From Pedobacter sp. (lineage in GTDB: Bacteria; Desulfobacterota; Desulfuromonadia; Desulfuromonadales; Syntrophotaleaceae): a DNA stretch of 64,000 bases. Shown piece by piece: positions 41,121 through 51,699 of this stretch. Every line of letters begins with the position of its first letter. The stretch's first letter is position 1. A program made the position numbers and the translations under genes. The stretch covers positions 1,544,679 through 1,608,678 of the forward strand of contig JBFWJC010000001.1 in NCBI GenBank assembly GCA_050253415.1, written 5' to 3'. The notes beneath the pieces were generated by a model. It worked only from the letters and a program-made list of their open reading frames with translations. It was not told the origin of the DNA and searched no databases.

Positions 41121-42140
41121 TTGAGTATACGGGATTTCCACGGGAGGTTTGTGGCCGAAGATCAACGGCTGGCGAACCTCCTTTTCGGTCAAGCCAATAT
41201 AAACCTGAAGCAGATCGAAAAAATTCTCGGGGTGAATATTGCCTCCAAGGGGAGTGAGTTGCACATCACCGGCGACGATCATCAGATCGCTCTGGCGCAA
41301 CGTCTGCTCGAAGAGTTGTATGGTCTGCTGAAGGCGGATTATCCTCTCTATCCTCCCGATATCGACTATGCCATACGCATTCTCAGTGCCGATAGCAAGG
41401 CGCGGTTGAAGGATATTTTTCTCGATACCGTCTGCATCTCCGCACGCAAAAAAATCATCTCCCCCAAAAGCCTTGCCCAAAAGGATTACATCGATGCTAT
41501 CCGTCACAACGAGGTTGTGTTTGGCATTGGTCCGGCCGGTACTGGCAAGACTTACCTGGCCATGGCGATGGCAGTGTCCTTTTTATTGAAAAAGGAAGTG
41601 GCGCGAATCGTGTTGGTGCGACCTGCTGTGGAGGCTGGTGAAAAACTCGGATTTTTGCCCGGGGATATCGCCGAAAAGGTCAATCCCTATCTGCGCCCGC
41701 TTTACGATGCTCTTTTCGATATGCTCGATTACGAACGTGGGCAGATGTTGATCGAAAAAGGTGTAATCGAGGTGGCTCCCCTGGCATTTATGCGTGGGCG
41801 CACGCTCAATGATGCGTTTGTTATTCTTGATGAGGCGCAAAATACCACGGCCGAACAGATGAAAATGTTTCTCACCCGGCTCGGTTTTGGCAGTCGGGCC
41901 GTTATCACCGGCGATATTACCCAGATCGATCTGCCGACCGGCCGCAAATCAGGCTTGAAAGAAGCTGCCGAGATTCTGCAGGGGATCAAGGGAATTCATT
42001 TTAACTCTTTTTCCGATCGCGATGTAGTGCGCCATCCCATTGTTCAAGCCATTGTCCAGGCTTACGATCGGGACCGGACCCGAAAAGCCGAAGCGCCTGC
42101 AAGTGAAGGAGACACCGAACATTATGACCGGCAAGACTGA
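41121..42140 (+). CDS. phoH: PhoH family protein (YbeZ-like)
   Basis: GPAGTGKT, RPAVEAGEKLGFLPG, AFMRGRT, DEAQN, VVRHP; start approximate. Confidence 0.95.
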   Translation: MSIRDFHGRFVAEDQRLANLLFGQANINLKQIEKILGVNIASKGSELHITGDDHQIALAQRLLEELYGLLKADYPLYPPDIDYAIRILSADSKARLKDIFLDTVCISARKKIISPKSLAQKDYIDAIRHNEVVFGIGPAGTGKTYLAMAMAVSFLLKKEVARIVLVRPAVEAGEKLGFLPGDIAEKVNPYLRPLYDALFDMLDYERGQMLIEKGVIEVAPLAFMRGRTLNDAFVILDEAQNTTAEQMKMFLTRLGFGSRAVITGDITQIDLPTGRKSGLKEAAEILQGIKGIHFNSFSDRDVVRHPIVQAIVQAYDRDRTRKAEAPASEGDTEHYDRQD

Positions 42141-44499
42141 TCGCAAGCAGGAAAGCCCTGGGCACAAGCGCAAACCTGGTCCTGCCTTCATGAGCTTTCA
42201 GCTTTCCATGGATCAAGTTACTCAGCGCAACCTGATGTTGTTGCTGGTGAGTATTCTGATTGCTTTTATTGTTATCCCCAAGGGAAGCTTTATACCCGGT
42301 TTTTATCAACCGGGCGATATCGCCTCGCGCAATGTCAAAGCGCCTCGCGATCTTCTTGTACCCGATGAGACCCTCACTGAAAAAAAACAACGCGAAGCCG
42401 CCGATGCGGTTCTGCCGATATACGATTACGACCCTCGTGCGGGGCGCGATATTACCGAACGCCTCAAACAGGGCTTCGTGTTGCTGCAAAAACAATCGGA
42501 AAAGGAGGCTGCGGGGCGTCATGAACTGGAAACCTTGCTCGGCATTAGCCTCTCTAATGATGAACTGACTGTATTGCGGCAAGTGGCCGCGAAACCTGAA
42601 CAGGTTACGTTGCTTGTTGAGGCCCTGAAGAAGGTTATGCTCAACCAGATTGTCGGGAACCTGCAGCTTTTTCAAACCGGCGGAGAGCGCGGTATCGTCA
42701 TTCGCAATCTCATCACCCGTGAAGAACGGGTCACGCAGGGGCTCGACCAGGTTATCGGCATTGGTGATGCTTTCGACCAGGTTTCCGGGCAGCTTGCCAA
42801 GCTTAAAAATCTGTCTACGGAAGAACGCAGCATTCTCTATGCCCAGGTTTCAAAACTGTTGCGACCCAATCTCACTTATAATCAGAGCGAGACGGAAAAT
42901 CGGCGTATAGCAGGACGGGAAGCGGTCAAACCGGTTCTTATGCAGGTTAAAAAAGGGGAGATGATCGTTCGTGAAGGTGAACGCGTAACCGAGGAGCAGG
43001 TGACCAAACTCAAGGCTCTGCGAGATTTCGGCAGCGACCACATGCCCTTGCGCATGGCTGTCGGATTATCCCTGGCCCTGGTACTGTTGCTGTCCATATG
43101 TCACCGATACGGCCGCCGCAACATCAGCAAGTATCGGCCCGATAACCGCGACCTGCTGTTTATGGCGGCAACCTTTGTCGGTTTGTTCATTCTGGTCAAG
43201 TTGTCCATTTTCATCTGTGCGGCACTGGAGGGGTCTTTTCCCTATATTGAGTCTTCCAGTTATTATTACGTTTTCCCATTCGCCGCCGGAGCCATGCTGG
43301 TACGTATTGTCCTCAACTCGGAGGTCGCTTTAATCTTCGGCGTGGCCTTTTCCATGGTGATCGGCCTGCTTTTCGGAGATAACCTGCACATTGCCCTGTT
43401 TGCCCTGGTCGGTAACCTCACTGGGGGGCATTGGGTGCGTCATTGTACCCAGAGGACCAGCCTGTATCAGGCCGGTTGGCGCCTGTCGCTGGCCAATATA
43501 GGCATGGTGTTGGCCACACAACTCATTGCGGGGCGCGGTTTCGATATACAGATGCTTTACAAGGCCGGATTTGGCTTTGCCGGCGGCTTCTTTTGTGCGT
43601 TGCTGGTCACCGGTCTGGTGCCGTTGGTGGAAGCCTTATTCAAATATACGACCAATATCAAGTTGCTGGAACTTGCCAACATGAATACGCCGGTGTTGCG
43701 CGAATTGATGATCCAGGCTCCCGGCACCTATCATCATTCCATTATTGTCGGCAACCTGGCCGAGGCGGCGGCCGAAACCATCGGCGCCAATCCGCTGCTT
43801 GCCAGGGTGGCAGCCTATTATCACGATATCGGCAAAATCCGCAAACCGCTCTACTTTGTAGAAAATATCGGTGTGCAGGAGAATCGCCATAATAAGCTCA
43901 GCCCTTCCATGAGCGCTCTGATTCTCATGTCGCATGTCAAGGAAGGGGCCGATATGGCCCGGGAAAACAAGCTCGGTCAGACTCTGCATGATATCATTCG
44001 ACAGCACCACGGCACGGCGTTAATCAAGTTCTTTTACGACAAAGCCAAGAATCAGGAAGATCCCGAGGTGCAGCAGATCAATGAACGTGATTACCGGTAT
44101 CCCGGTCCCAAACCTCAGACCCGTGAGGCTGCGTTGATCATGCTGGCTGATTCCATTGAAGCGGCCAGTCGTACCCTGACAGATCCGACGCCGGCCCGTA
44201 TTCAGGGCATGGTCCAGAAAATCATTAACAATATTTTTATTGACGGTCAACTCGACGAATGCGAATTGACCCTCAAGGATCTGCATAATATAGCCAAGAG
44301 TTTTAACCGCATCCTGGCGGGTATTTTCCACCACAGGATCGATTACCCCGAGCCTGTTCATAAGGAACGGGAGAAGGAAACGGTAAAGAAGAAAAATGGG
44401 GATGATTCACATCGAGAACCGCCAAAAGAACCAAAAGATAGCCCTGGAAACGCTGGAAAAGGTAGCTCAGAGGATCTTAAACGACTCGGGATGTCCTGA
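42124..44499 (+). CDS. 7TM-HD membrane phosphohydrolase (PgpH/YqfF-like)
   Basis: Extracytoplasmic domain plus multiple TM helices; APGTYHHS, YYHDIGK, QHHGT, YPGPKP, LADSIEAA. Confidence 0.93.
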   Translation: MTGKTDRKQESPGHKRKPGPAFMSFQLSMDQVTQRNLMLLLVSILIAFIVIPKGSFIPGFYQPGDIASRNVKAPRDLLVPDETLTEKKQREAADAVLPIYDYDPRAGRDITERLKQGFVLLQKQSEKEAAGRHELETLLGISLSNDELTVLRQVAAKPEQVTLLVEALKKVMLNQIVGNLQLFQTGGERGIVIRNLITREERVTQGLDQVIGIGDAFDQVSGQLAKLKNLSTEERSILYAQVSKLLRPNLTYNQSETENRRIAGREAVKPVLMQVKKGEMIVREGERVTEEQVTKLKALRDFGSDHMPLRMAVGLSLALVLLLSICHRYGRRNISKYRPDNRDLLFMAATFVGLFILVKLSIFICAALEGSFPYIESSSYYYVFPFAAGAMLVRIVLNSEVALIFGVAFSMVIGLLFGDNLHIALFALVGNLTGGHWVRHCTQRTSLYQAGWRLSLANIGMVLATQLIAGRGFDIQMLYKAGFGFAGGFFCALLVTGLVPLVEALFKYTTNIKLLELANMNTPVLRELMIQAPGTYHHSIIVGNLAEAAAETIGANPLLARVAAYYHDIGKIRKPLYFVENIGVQENRHNKLSPSMSALILMSHVKEGADMARENKLGQTLHDIIRQHHGTALIKFFYDKAKNQEDPEVQQINERDYRYPGPKPQTREAALIMLADSIEAASRTLTDPTPARIQGMVQKIINNIFIDGQLDECELTLKDLHNIAKSFNRILAGIFHHRIDYPEPVHKEREKETVKKKNGDDSHREPPKEPKDSPGNAGKGSSEDLKRLGMS

Positions 44500-44854
44500 T
44501 GCCGAACTGTCGATAGTGATCGTCGACGATGAGCAGATCCAGCAGATCAACCGCGACTATCTGCAGCGTGACAAGCCGACCAATGTTATCTCCTTTGCCA
44601 TGCAGGAAGGCGAGGACGTTGGCCTTCATCCGGGGTTGCTCGGAGATGTGATTATTTCGGCCGACACCGCAGCGAGAGATGCCCTTGAAGCCGAGCTGGC
44701 GTTTGAGAGCGAGCTGTATTTTTTGTTGCTGCACGGTATTCTGCATCTGCTCGGCTACGACCATGAGCGTGGCACCGAAGAAGAGGCGCAGCTTATGGAG
44801 GCCCGTGAAGAAGAACTTTTTTCGCATATTCGGAAAGAGTTCCTCGGTAACTGA
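44402..44854 (+). CDS. ybeY: rRNA maturation endoribonuclease YbeY
   Basis: INRDYLQRDKPTNVISF, LGDVIIS, HGILHLLGYDH. Confidence 0.96.
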   Translation: MIHIENRQKNQKIALETLEKVAQRILNDSGCPDAELSIVIVDDEQIQQINRDYLQRDKPTNVISFAMQEGEDVGLHPGLLGDVIISADTAARDALEAELAFESELYFLLLHGILHLLGYDHERGTEEEAQLMEAREEELFSHIRKEFLGN

Positions 44855-44865
44855 ACAGGGAGACC

Positions 44866-45573
44866 ATGAAACCTTGCAAAGGCATGCATTTCAGCTTTAA
44901 CTGCGCCATCGAGGGGATTCTCTGGGCGGCGCGTACCCAGCGGCACATGCGCTATCATTGCATTGTGGCCTTGGGGGTTGTGCTGGCGGGCCTGATATTC
45001 AAGGTTTCTGCGCTTGAGTTTATTTTGCTTGTTTTCGGGATTGTACTGGTGCTGTTTGCGGAGTTGGTTAATACCGCATGCGAGGCGCTGGTCGATCTGG
45101 TCTCGCCGGAGTTTCACCCGCTGGCGCGGCGAGTGAAAGATGTGGCCGCAGGGGCGGTATTGTTGGCAAGTGTCGGTGCCGCGATTGTGGGCTATCTGAT
45201 TCTGGCAGGATATGTTTTTACCCCCGGCGGGGATTTGCAGGCTACTCCGTTGTCCGCAGTCGCGTCCGGTCAACTGGCGGTTTTTAGTCTTCTTACGGTA
45301 CTCTTGTTGGTGGTGCTGCTCAAGGCCTGGGCGGGCCGCGGAACCCCTCTGGAAGGGGGGATGCCCAGCGGTCATGCAGCGTTCGCCTTTTCCGTGGCAA
45401 CCTCGGTGGCCATGGCGCCGGTCGGTTCGGTGGTGGCGCTCCTGTCTTTGGCGCTGGCGGTGATGATAGGGCACAGCCGCGTTTACATGGGTATTCATAG
45501 TCTGCATGAGGTGTTGGCCGGCGCCGCACTCGGTACCGGTGTTACCTGGGCATTGCATCTGTTTTGTGGCTGA
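44866..45573 (+). CDS. dgkA: Diacylglycerol/undecaprenol kinase fused to a PAP2 phosphatase domain
   Basis: ELVNTACEALVD, KDVAAGAVL; C-terminal PSGH and SRV..IH. Confidence 0.9.
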   Translation: MKPCKGMHFSFNCAIEGILWAARTQRHMRYHCIVALGVVLAGLIFKVSALEFILLVFGIVLVLFAELVNTACEALVDLVSPEFHPLARRVKDVAAGAVLLASVGAAIVGYLILAGYVFTPGGDLQATPLSAVASGQLAVFSLLTVLLLVVLLKAWAGRGTPLEGGMPSGHAAFAFSVATSVAMAPVGSVVALLSLALAVMIGHSRVYMGIHSLHEVLAGAALGTGVTWALHLFCG

Positions 45574-45624
45574 CAGCCCCGGTTCGGGCGATTGTCAGCT
45601 GAAATTTTTTTCTGGAGGTTGATT

Positions 45625-46485
45625 TTGGACGACGAAGGTTCAGGAAACAAGACCGTTTTCTGGCGCCGCTTGAGCGAAGCATTGCTGCCCGGCCGGCGGC
45701 GCGTACGCAGCGAAGAGGAATTGCAGGCGGTGATCGATGCCTCCGAAGAGGAGGGCATCATCAATGAAGAAGAAGGAGAAATGCTGCAATCGATATTCGA
45801 GTTCGGGGAAACCATCGTACGTGAAATAATGGTGCCCCGGACCGATATGCGATGCTGCAGTATGGATGACACCGTCGAAGAAGTGTTGCATGCGATCATC
45901 GATTCAGGACATTCCCGTATCCCCATCTACCAGGGGAGTACCGATCATATCGTGGGGTTGGTTTACGCCAAGGACTTGCTTAAACATTGGGGAAGTCCTA
46001 TATCCGCACTTGATCTGGCCAGCATCATGCGCGAACCGTATTTTGTCCCCGAAACCAAAAAGATCGAAGAACTGCTGAAAGAATTCCGTACCCGCCGTAT
46101 GCACATGGCTATTGCTATCGATGAATACGGCGGTACCTCAGGCCTGATCACCATCGAGGATCTTATCGAGGAGATAGTCGGCGATATTCAGGATGAATAT
46201 GATCTTGAAGAAGATTGGTTGCTTCCTCAGGAGGATGGCAGCCTGTTGGTCGATTGCCGGCTTAATATTGATGAATTTGAGGATTACTTCGCCGTGACCA
46301 TCCCTCGTGAGCGGTTTGACACGGTGGGCGGTTGGTTGTTTCACCTGCTTGGCCGCGTACCTGTCAAGGGGGAAGAACTTCGCAGTCAGGGGCTGCTAAT
46401 GACGGTAGAAGAATGCGATGAACGGAAGATTCTCACGGTCCGGGTAGGGCGCGATACCGGTACAAAGGAGCCTGCGGCGACATGA
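45625..46485 (+). CDS. corC: CBS-CorC/HlyC family Mg/Co transport-associated protein
   Basis: [44 protein letters not shown] start after GGAGG. Confidence 0.9.
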   Translation: MDDEGSGNKTVFWRRLSEALLPGRRRVRSEEELQAVIDASEEEGIINEEEGEMLQSIFEFGETIVREIMVPRTDMRCCSMDDTVEEVLHAIIDSGHSRIPIYQGSTDHIVGLVYAKDLLKHWGSPISALDLASIMREPYFVPETKKIEELLKEFRTRRMHMAIAIDEYGGTSGLITIEDLIEEIVGDIQDEYDLEEDWLLPQEDGSLLVDCRLNIDEFEDYFAVTIPRERFDTVGGWLFHLLGRVPVKGEELRSQGLLMTVEECDERKILTVRVGRDTGTKEPAAT

Positions 46486-48002
46486 GGTTGCGCCTTCCCG
46501 ATGCGGATCTGTGCTGGTCTTTGGTCTCGGGCCTATTGTTGGCTCTGTCCTTCCCGCGCCTTGATCTGGCGCCATTGGCCTGGGTCGGCCTGGTGCCGTT
46601 GCTTCTGGTTTCGGGGCGGCGGCCTTTTGCCAGCGGGTTTGCAGCCGGAGTCGGATTTTTTGGTCTGGTGTTATATTGGCTGAATATCGTGATGGTCAAT
46701 TACGGACATCTGCATCCGGTGCTTTCGGTTGTGGCTTATCTGATGCTCATCGTATACCTGGCTTCGTTCTTCGGTGTTGCCACCTGGGCCGGTCATCGCC
46801 TGAAGGAGCGCCTCGGACTTTGTTTGTCCTTGACTCTGCCGGTTGTATGGGTAGCGCTCGAATTCTTACGGTCTTTTTTTCTCACCGGTTTTCCCTGGGC
46901 AATGTTGGGATATTCCCAGCAGAGCCTACTGTCTCTGATTCAGTCCGCCGATCTGCTGGGCCCTTACGGTCTGAGTTATCTGCTGGTGTTGTCCAATGTA
47001 ACGCTGGCATTGCTGGTACGCTGGTGTGCCCGGCGCACAACAACCCCCTTTCCGCGACTGGCGCTGATCCTGACCCTGTCGCTGGCCATCGGGAATTTTG
47101 CCTATGGCCAAATCCGCCTGCAACAGCAACCCGACGGTCGCGAAGTATCCCTGCAAACGGTTCTGGCCCAGGGGAACATCGACCAATCCCTGAAATGGGA
47201 TCCCGCTTATCAGTGGGGTACCATCGATATTTACAAGCGTTTGTCCCTGCAACCGCAGGACCAGCCTGCACAACTGATTATCTGGCCGGAAAGTGCTGTG
47301 CCCTTTTTCTTTCAGGAGACCGGTATCCTGTCCGATCAGGTGCGTCAGGTTGCCGCGCGTCGCGGGGCATGGCTGTTGTTCGGTAGCCCGGCTTTTGAGG
47401 ATATCAACCGCCGCCGCCACTATCTCAACAGCGCCTTTTTGTTGTCGCCTTCGGGGCAGGACCTGGGGCGCAGTGACAAAGTGCATCTCGTTCCCTTCGG
47501 GGAATATGTGCCTTTGAAAACTTTTTTCCCCTTTATCGACAAACTTGTCGTGGGCATTGGTGACTTTTCTCCCGGCACCATCAGTCCATTGCCGATGAAC
47601 GGGCATAAAATCGGAGTGCTGGTCTGTTTCGAGGGTATTTTTCCCGAACTGGCGCGTGAGTATGTGCGCCGCGGTAGCGATCTCTTGGTGAATATTACCA
47701 ACGATGCCTGGTTCGGAAAATCCTCCGCTCCCTATCAACATCTGGCGATGGTCCGGTTTCGCGCGGTAGAGAACCGTATATGGCTGGCGCGTGCCGCCAA
47801 TACCGGCATTTCTGCGTTGATAGCACCCTCGGGTCGCATTACCGCCCAATCGCCCTTATTTGAGCGCATGGCTTTGAGCGGCACGGTGGGATTGGGATCT
47901 CAACCCACCCTCTATAATCGTTTCGGCGATGTTTTTCCTACTCTTTGCGGGGTGATAAGCCTTGTATGGTTATTTCTCGCATGGCGTCGACGTCCGGTCT
48001 GA
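46482..48002 (+). CDS. lnt: Apolipoprotein N-acyltransferase
   Basis: TGFPW, QGNI, WPES, KVHLVPFGEY, VCFE, NDAWFG, RAVE, RAANTGIS. Confidence 0.96.
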   Translation: MRLRLPDADLCWSLVSGLLLALSFPRLDLAPLAWVGLVPLLLVSGRRPFASGFAAGVGFFGLVLYWLNIVMVNYGHLHPVLSVVAYLMLIVYLASFFGVATWAGHRLKERLGLCLSLTLPVVWVALEFLRSFFLTGFPWAMLGYSQQSLLSLIQSADLLGPYGLSYLLVLSNVTLALLVRWCARRTTTPFPRLALILTLSLAIGNFAYGQIRLQQQPDGREVSLQTVLAQGNIDQSLKWDPAYQWGTIDIYKRLSLQPQDQPAQLIIWPESAVPFFFQETGILSDQVRQVAARRGAWLLFGSPAFEDINRRRHYLNSAFLLSPSGQDLGRSDKVHLVPFGEYVPLKTFFPFIDKLVVGIGDFSPGTISPLPMNGHKIGVLVCFEGIFPELAREYVRRGSDLLVNITNDAWFGKSSAPYQHLAMVRFRAVENRIWLARAANTGISALIAPSGRITAQSPLFERMALSGTVGLGSQPTLYNRFGDVFPTLCGVISLVWLFLAWRRRPV

Positions 48003-48221
48003 TTGTCAGGTTTCGGTCCGTATTACGTCATGGGGTATTAACCTCTCCTGATGCTTCAACTATTGTCTCCATAAGCATTCGTCCCATCTTCTGTTCAAAT
48101 CCCTGTGTTTGACTTTCCCTTTTCAGCAGCGACAATTTAAATGAGGGCTGCAACAAGAACGTGGTTGCTGCATTCCCTGTCGGCTTGAGCGTTTCTTTTC
48201 CAAGGGAAGGAGAACAAGCCC

Positions 48222-49334
48222 ATGCTGGATGCCTTTTCCTATGCCGATGACCTCGGTCCTGCCAAAATTATTCACATTTACGAGCCCACCAACGGCCTGA
48301 AGGGCGTGCTGGTGATTGACAATGTAGCCGTCGGGCCGGCGATTGGTGGCCTGCGCATGGCACCGGACGTCAGCACCGGGGAGTGTTTCCGGTTGGCACG
48401 GGCGATGACGCTTAAAAATGCGATTGCCGGGCTTGCCCACGGTGGAGGCAAATCGGTGCTGTATGGTGATCCGAAAATGCCACCTGCCGACAAGCAGCGG
48501 CTGATTCGGGCCATGGCCTGTTCCCTGCGTCACTGTCAGGACTACATCTTCGGGCCGGATATGGGCACCGATGAAACCTGCATGGCCTGGGTCAAGGACG
48601 AAATCGGCCGGGCCGTCGGACTGCCGGAATCCCTTGGCGGGATCCCCCTCGATAAAATTGGCGCCACGGGGTGGGGGGTTCGCCATGCCGTGGAAGTGGC
48701 CGCACCAATCGCGGGGTTTTCCCTATCCGGCGCCAGAGTCGTCATTCAGGGATTCGGCGCGGTTGGGCAGCACGCTGCCCGCTTTCTAGCTGAACTGGGG
48801 ACGGTGTTGGTCGGGGCCGCAGATTCCAAAGGGACCCTGTATCATCCAGACGGGATTGATGTCGCTAAATTGATGGAACTCAAGAATAAGGGTAAAAGCG
48901 TACTCGATTATCCCGAGGGGCAGAAACTCGACCGGGATGCGGTGATCGATCTGGACTGCGAGATATGGATTCCGGCTGCCAGGCCCGACGTGATCACAGA
49001 AGCCAACGTTTCCCGGTTGCGTACCAAACTTGTAGCGCAGGGAGCCAACATCCCCTTGAGCTTGGGCGCTGAAAAAATTCTGCATGAGCGCGGGGTGCTT
49101 TGTCTGCCGGATTTCATTGCCAATGCCGGTGGCGTGATTTGCGGAGCCATGGAGTACCACGGTGGCTGGAAGGGGCTGGTATTCGATGTGGTGGCGGAGA
49201 AAATCCGCGCCAATATCGATGAAATGCTGCGCCGGGTGAAAAGTGAAGGGCGCCTGCCGCGCGAGGTGGCCACGGATATGGCGTTGACTATATTGCATAA
49301 GGCCATGGCGACCCGACGCTGGTCGATTTATTGA
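48222..49334 (+). CDS. Glu/Leu/Phe/Val family amino-acid dehydrogenase (probably not Glu-specific)
   Basis: GPAIGGLR, MTLK, GGGKS, GPDMGT, QGFGAVG, GAN, PDFIANAGGV. Confidence 0.92.
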   Translation: MLDAFSYADDLGPAKIIHIYEPTNGLKGVLVIDNVAVGPAIGGLRMAPDVSTGECFRLARAMTLKNAIAGLAHGGGKSVLYGDPKMPPADKQRLIRAMACSLRHCQDYIFGPDMGTDETCMAWVKDEIGRAVGLPESLGGIPLDKIGATGWGVRHAVEVAAPIAGFSLSGARVVIQGFGAVGQHAARFLAELGTVLVGAADSKGTLYHPDGIDVAKLMELKNKGKSVLDYPEGQKLDRDAVIDLDCEIWIPAARPDVITEANVSRLRTKLVAQGANIPLSLGAEKILHERGVLCLPDFIANAGGVICGAMEYHGGWKGLVFDVVAEKIRANIDEMLRRVKSEGRLPREVATDMALTILHKAMATRRWSIY

Positions 49335-49378
49335 AATGATGTCTGCCGGGTGTCTGTTCGTATGCAGATCTTGAAAAG

Positions 49379-49496
49379 CCTCTCACGCACGTTCCTTTCA
49401 GTCGCATAAGACGCAAAGACGCAAAAGTAAGCCGGGTTTTGTTTTCTTGGCGGTCATTGCGGCTTGAGTCAGCGTAGCGAACGAGCGTGGGAAAGA
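49379..49496. repeat. REP-like imperfect palindrome with ACGCAAAG units
   Basis: cctctcacgcacgttc pairs with gaacgagcgtgggaaag; inner gacgcaaagacgcaaaag pairs loosely with cttggcggtcattgcggc. Confidence 0.55.
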
Positions 49497-49562
49497 TTTG
49501 CTTTGATTTTGAATGATTGATTCGAACATTTCAAAACCTGGTCGGTGGGTAAAGGAGCAACC

Positions 49563-50495
49563 ATGTACCGGATCCGTTTTCATGGCCGAGGCGGTCAGGG
49601 GATAAAGACCGCCAGTCGCATCCTCGGCACGGCTCTTTTCATAGAGGGGTTCGAGGTGCAGGATGCGCCGCGTTATGGTGCCGAGCGGCGGGGCGCGCCG
49701 ATTTTTGCTTATGTAAGGGCTGATATGTGTCCCATTCACGAGCGCGGTGTGATCCATCGCCCGGATCTGGTGGTGGTGGCGGATGAAACGTTGCTGGCTA
49801 TTTCAGCCGCTCAGGTCCTGGAGGGGGTGACAGGTTCCTGCGTGGTGCTGATCTATTCCGCCAAGCCGGAAGCATGGTGGCGACAGCAATTACCCGACAT
49901 TGCACAGATCGTCGTATTGGAACCCCTGGAATCCTTGTCCGCGGCTATCCCCATCGGGGCATTTTGTGTCGGGGCCGCTGCGGGTTTGCTCGGCAAGATA
50001 TCGGCAGAGGCGTTGGCGCAGGCAGTGGAAGACGAGCTGGCCGCCTACGATGCGGCTTTGGTGGAGAGTAACCGCCGCGCTATTTTAGCTGCCTATATGG
50101 AGGTCACACCCTGGCGTGGGCTTGTATGTTCCAGCTTGTCTCTGACGGTTTCACAGACGCCGCCTCCAGTCTGGGTGGAGGTTCCGAACGATGCCGTGGA
50201 TATAGGGGCGCCGGTGATTCACGCCGGTGGCACCAGCGGTTTGGTCAAAACGGGGTTGTGGCGTACTCGCAGGCCGGTTATTGACAGGGAGCGATGTCGC
50301 CGTTGTCTGCAATGCTGCGCCTGGTGTCCGGAAGGTGGCATTTTGGTCGGGGAGGATGGATGGCCGGTGATCGATTACGAGCACTGCAAAGGCTGCCTGG
50401 TATGCGCCGCCCAGTGTCCGTTCCAGGCGATCGGGGTCATCCCCGAAACCCAGGCAGAAGGAGGACCTGATGCGCAAACTGCTGACCGGCAATAG
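49563..50495 (+). CDS. 2-oxoacid:ferredoxin oxidoreductase gamma-delta fusion
   Basis: RFHGRGGQG, YGAERRGAP; TGLWRT.RP; two CxxCxxCxxxCP ferredoxin motifs. Confidence 0.93.
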   Translation: MYRIRFHGRGGQGIKTASRILGTALFIEGFEVQDAPRYGAERRGAPIFAYVRADMCPIHERGVIHRPDLVVVADETLLAISAAQVLEGVTGSCVVLIYSAKPEAWWRQQLPDIAQIVVLEPLESLSAAIPIGAFCVGAAAGLLGKISAEALAQAVEDELAAYDAALVESNRRAILAAYMEVTPWRGLVCSSLSLTVSQTPPPVWVEVPNDAVDIGAPVIHAGGTSGLVKTGLWRTRRPVIDRERCRRCLQCCAWCPEGGILVGEDGWPVIDYEHCKGCLVCAAQCPFQAIGVIPETQAEGGPDAQTADRQ

Positions 50496-51699
50496 CGCTG
50501 CCGCCTGGGGGGCGCGGCTGGCGGAGATCGATTACCTGCCGGTGTTTCCCATCACGCCCCAGACGGAGATCATCGAGACCCTGGCCGAATGGGTGGATCG
50601 CGGCGAGCTTAACGCCAGGTTGACAACCCTGGAGTCGGAACATTCCATGCTGACTGCCGCAGGCGCCGCCGCGGTAACGGGGGTACGGGTCTTTACCGCT
50701 ACCTCCAGCCAGGGGCTGCTGTATGCCATGGAAATGCTCTACAACGTGGCCGGCTGGCGTGCGCCGCTGGTGCTGGTCAACGTCTCGCGGGGACTGTCTG
50801 CGCCGATCACTCTGGAGCCCGATCACAACGATATCCTCGCGGCGCGCGATAGCGGTTTTCTGCAGTTGCACTGCGCCACCTGTCAGGAAGTACTCGATAG
50901 TGTGCTGCTGGCTTATCGTCTGGCTGAGGATATGCGGGTGCGGCTGCCGGTGCTTGTCAACCTGGATGGTTTTTACCTCTCATTTACCCGTGAGCCGGTC
51001 GTGATCCCCTCGCAGGAGCAGGTGAGAGCTTTTTTGCCGCCTTTCGATCCTGGACGCAACCGGTTTCGCGGCGGCGAACCGGTCAGCCAGGCGGTGGCGG
51101 TGCTGGGCGGTGGGCCCTATTCCTACTTCCGTTACCAGGCCCACCTTGCGGCCCTTGAGGCGGGACAGGTATTTGACGAACTTGGCCAGGAATTCAGCGA
51201 CCGTTTCGGCCGTTCCTTCCCGGCGATCGAAGCCTATCGCAATGAGGATGCTGAAATCCTGTTTGTCATGATCGGCTCGTTTGCCACCAAGGCTCGCGAG
51301 GCGGTTGATCGGCTGCGTGATGCGGGCCAAAAGGTCGGTTTGTTAAGGCCACGCCTGCTGCGGCCTTTCCCGACCGGGGAGTTTGCCCGGCTGCTGTCCG
51401 GCAAAGCAGGGGTGGCGGTGGTCGATCAGAACCTGTCCAACGGGCTGGGTGGTATCCTCTATACCGAACTGGCTGCGGCGCTCTACAATCTTCCGCAACG
51501 GCCTCTGCTGGCCAGTTTTGTCGGCGGGTTGGGGGGACGCGACATCACTGCTGGTGAGTTTTACGCCATGGCCGAGCAGGTGCGTCAGGCCGTGGCAAAG
51601 GGACAGGCACCGCCACCGCGTCTGCTGTTCACCGATCAGGAACTGAAGGGGATGCGTGGACTGCAGCGTATTGCCGCCGGGAAGGAGGGCAAGCCATGA
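50470..51699 (+). CDS. 2-oxoacid:ferredoxin oxidoreductase alpha subunit
   Basis: FPITPQTEI, ESEHS, TATSSQGL, DGFYLS, LRPFP, GLGGRD. Confidence 0.93.
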   Translation: MRKLLTGNSAAAWGARLAEIDYLPVFPITPQTEIIETLAEWVDRGELNARLTTLESEHSMLTAAGAAAVTGVRVFTATSSQGLLYAMEMLYNVAGWRAPLVLVNVSRGLSAPITLEPDHNDILAARDSGFLQLHCATCQEVLDSVLLAYRLAEDMRVRLPVLVNLDGFYLSFTREPVVIPSQEQVRAFLPPFDPGRNRFRGGEPVSQAVAVLGGGPYSYFRYQAHLAALEAGQVFDELGQEFSDRFGRSFPAIEAYRNEDAEILFVMIGSFATKAREAVDRLRDAGQKVGLLRPRLLRPFPTGEFARLLSGKAGVAVVDQNLSNGLGGILYTELAAALYNLPQRPLLASFVGGLGGRDITAGEFYAMAEQVRQAVAKGQAPPPRLLFTDQELKGMRGLQRIAAGKEGKP

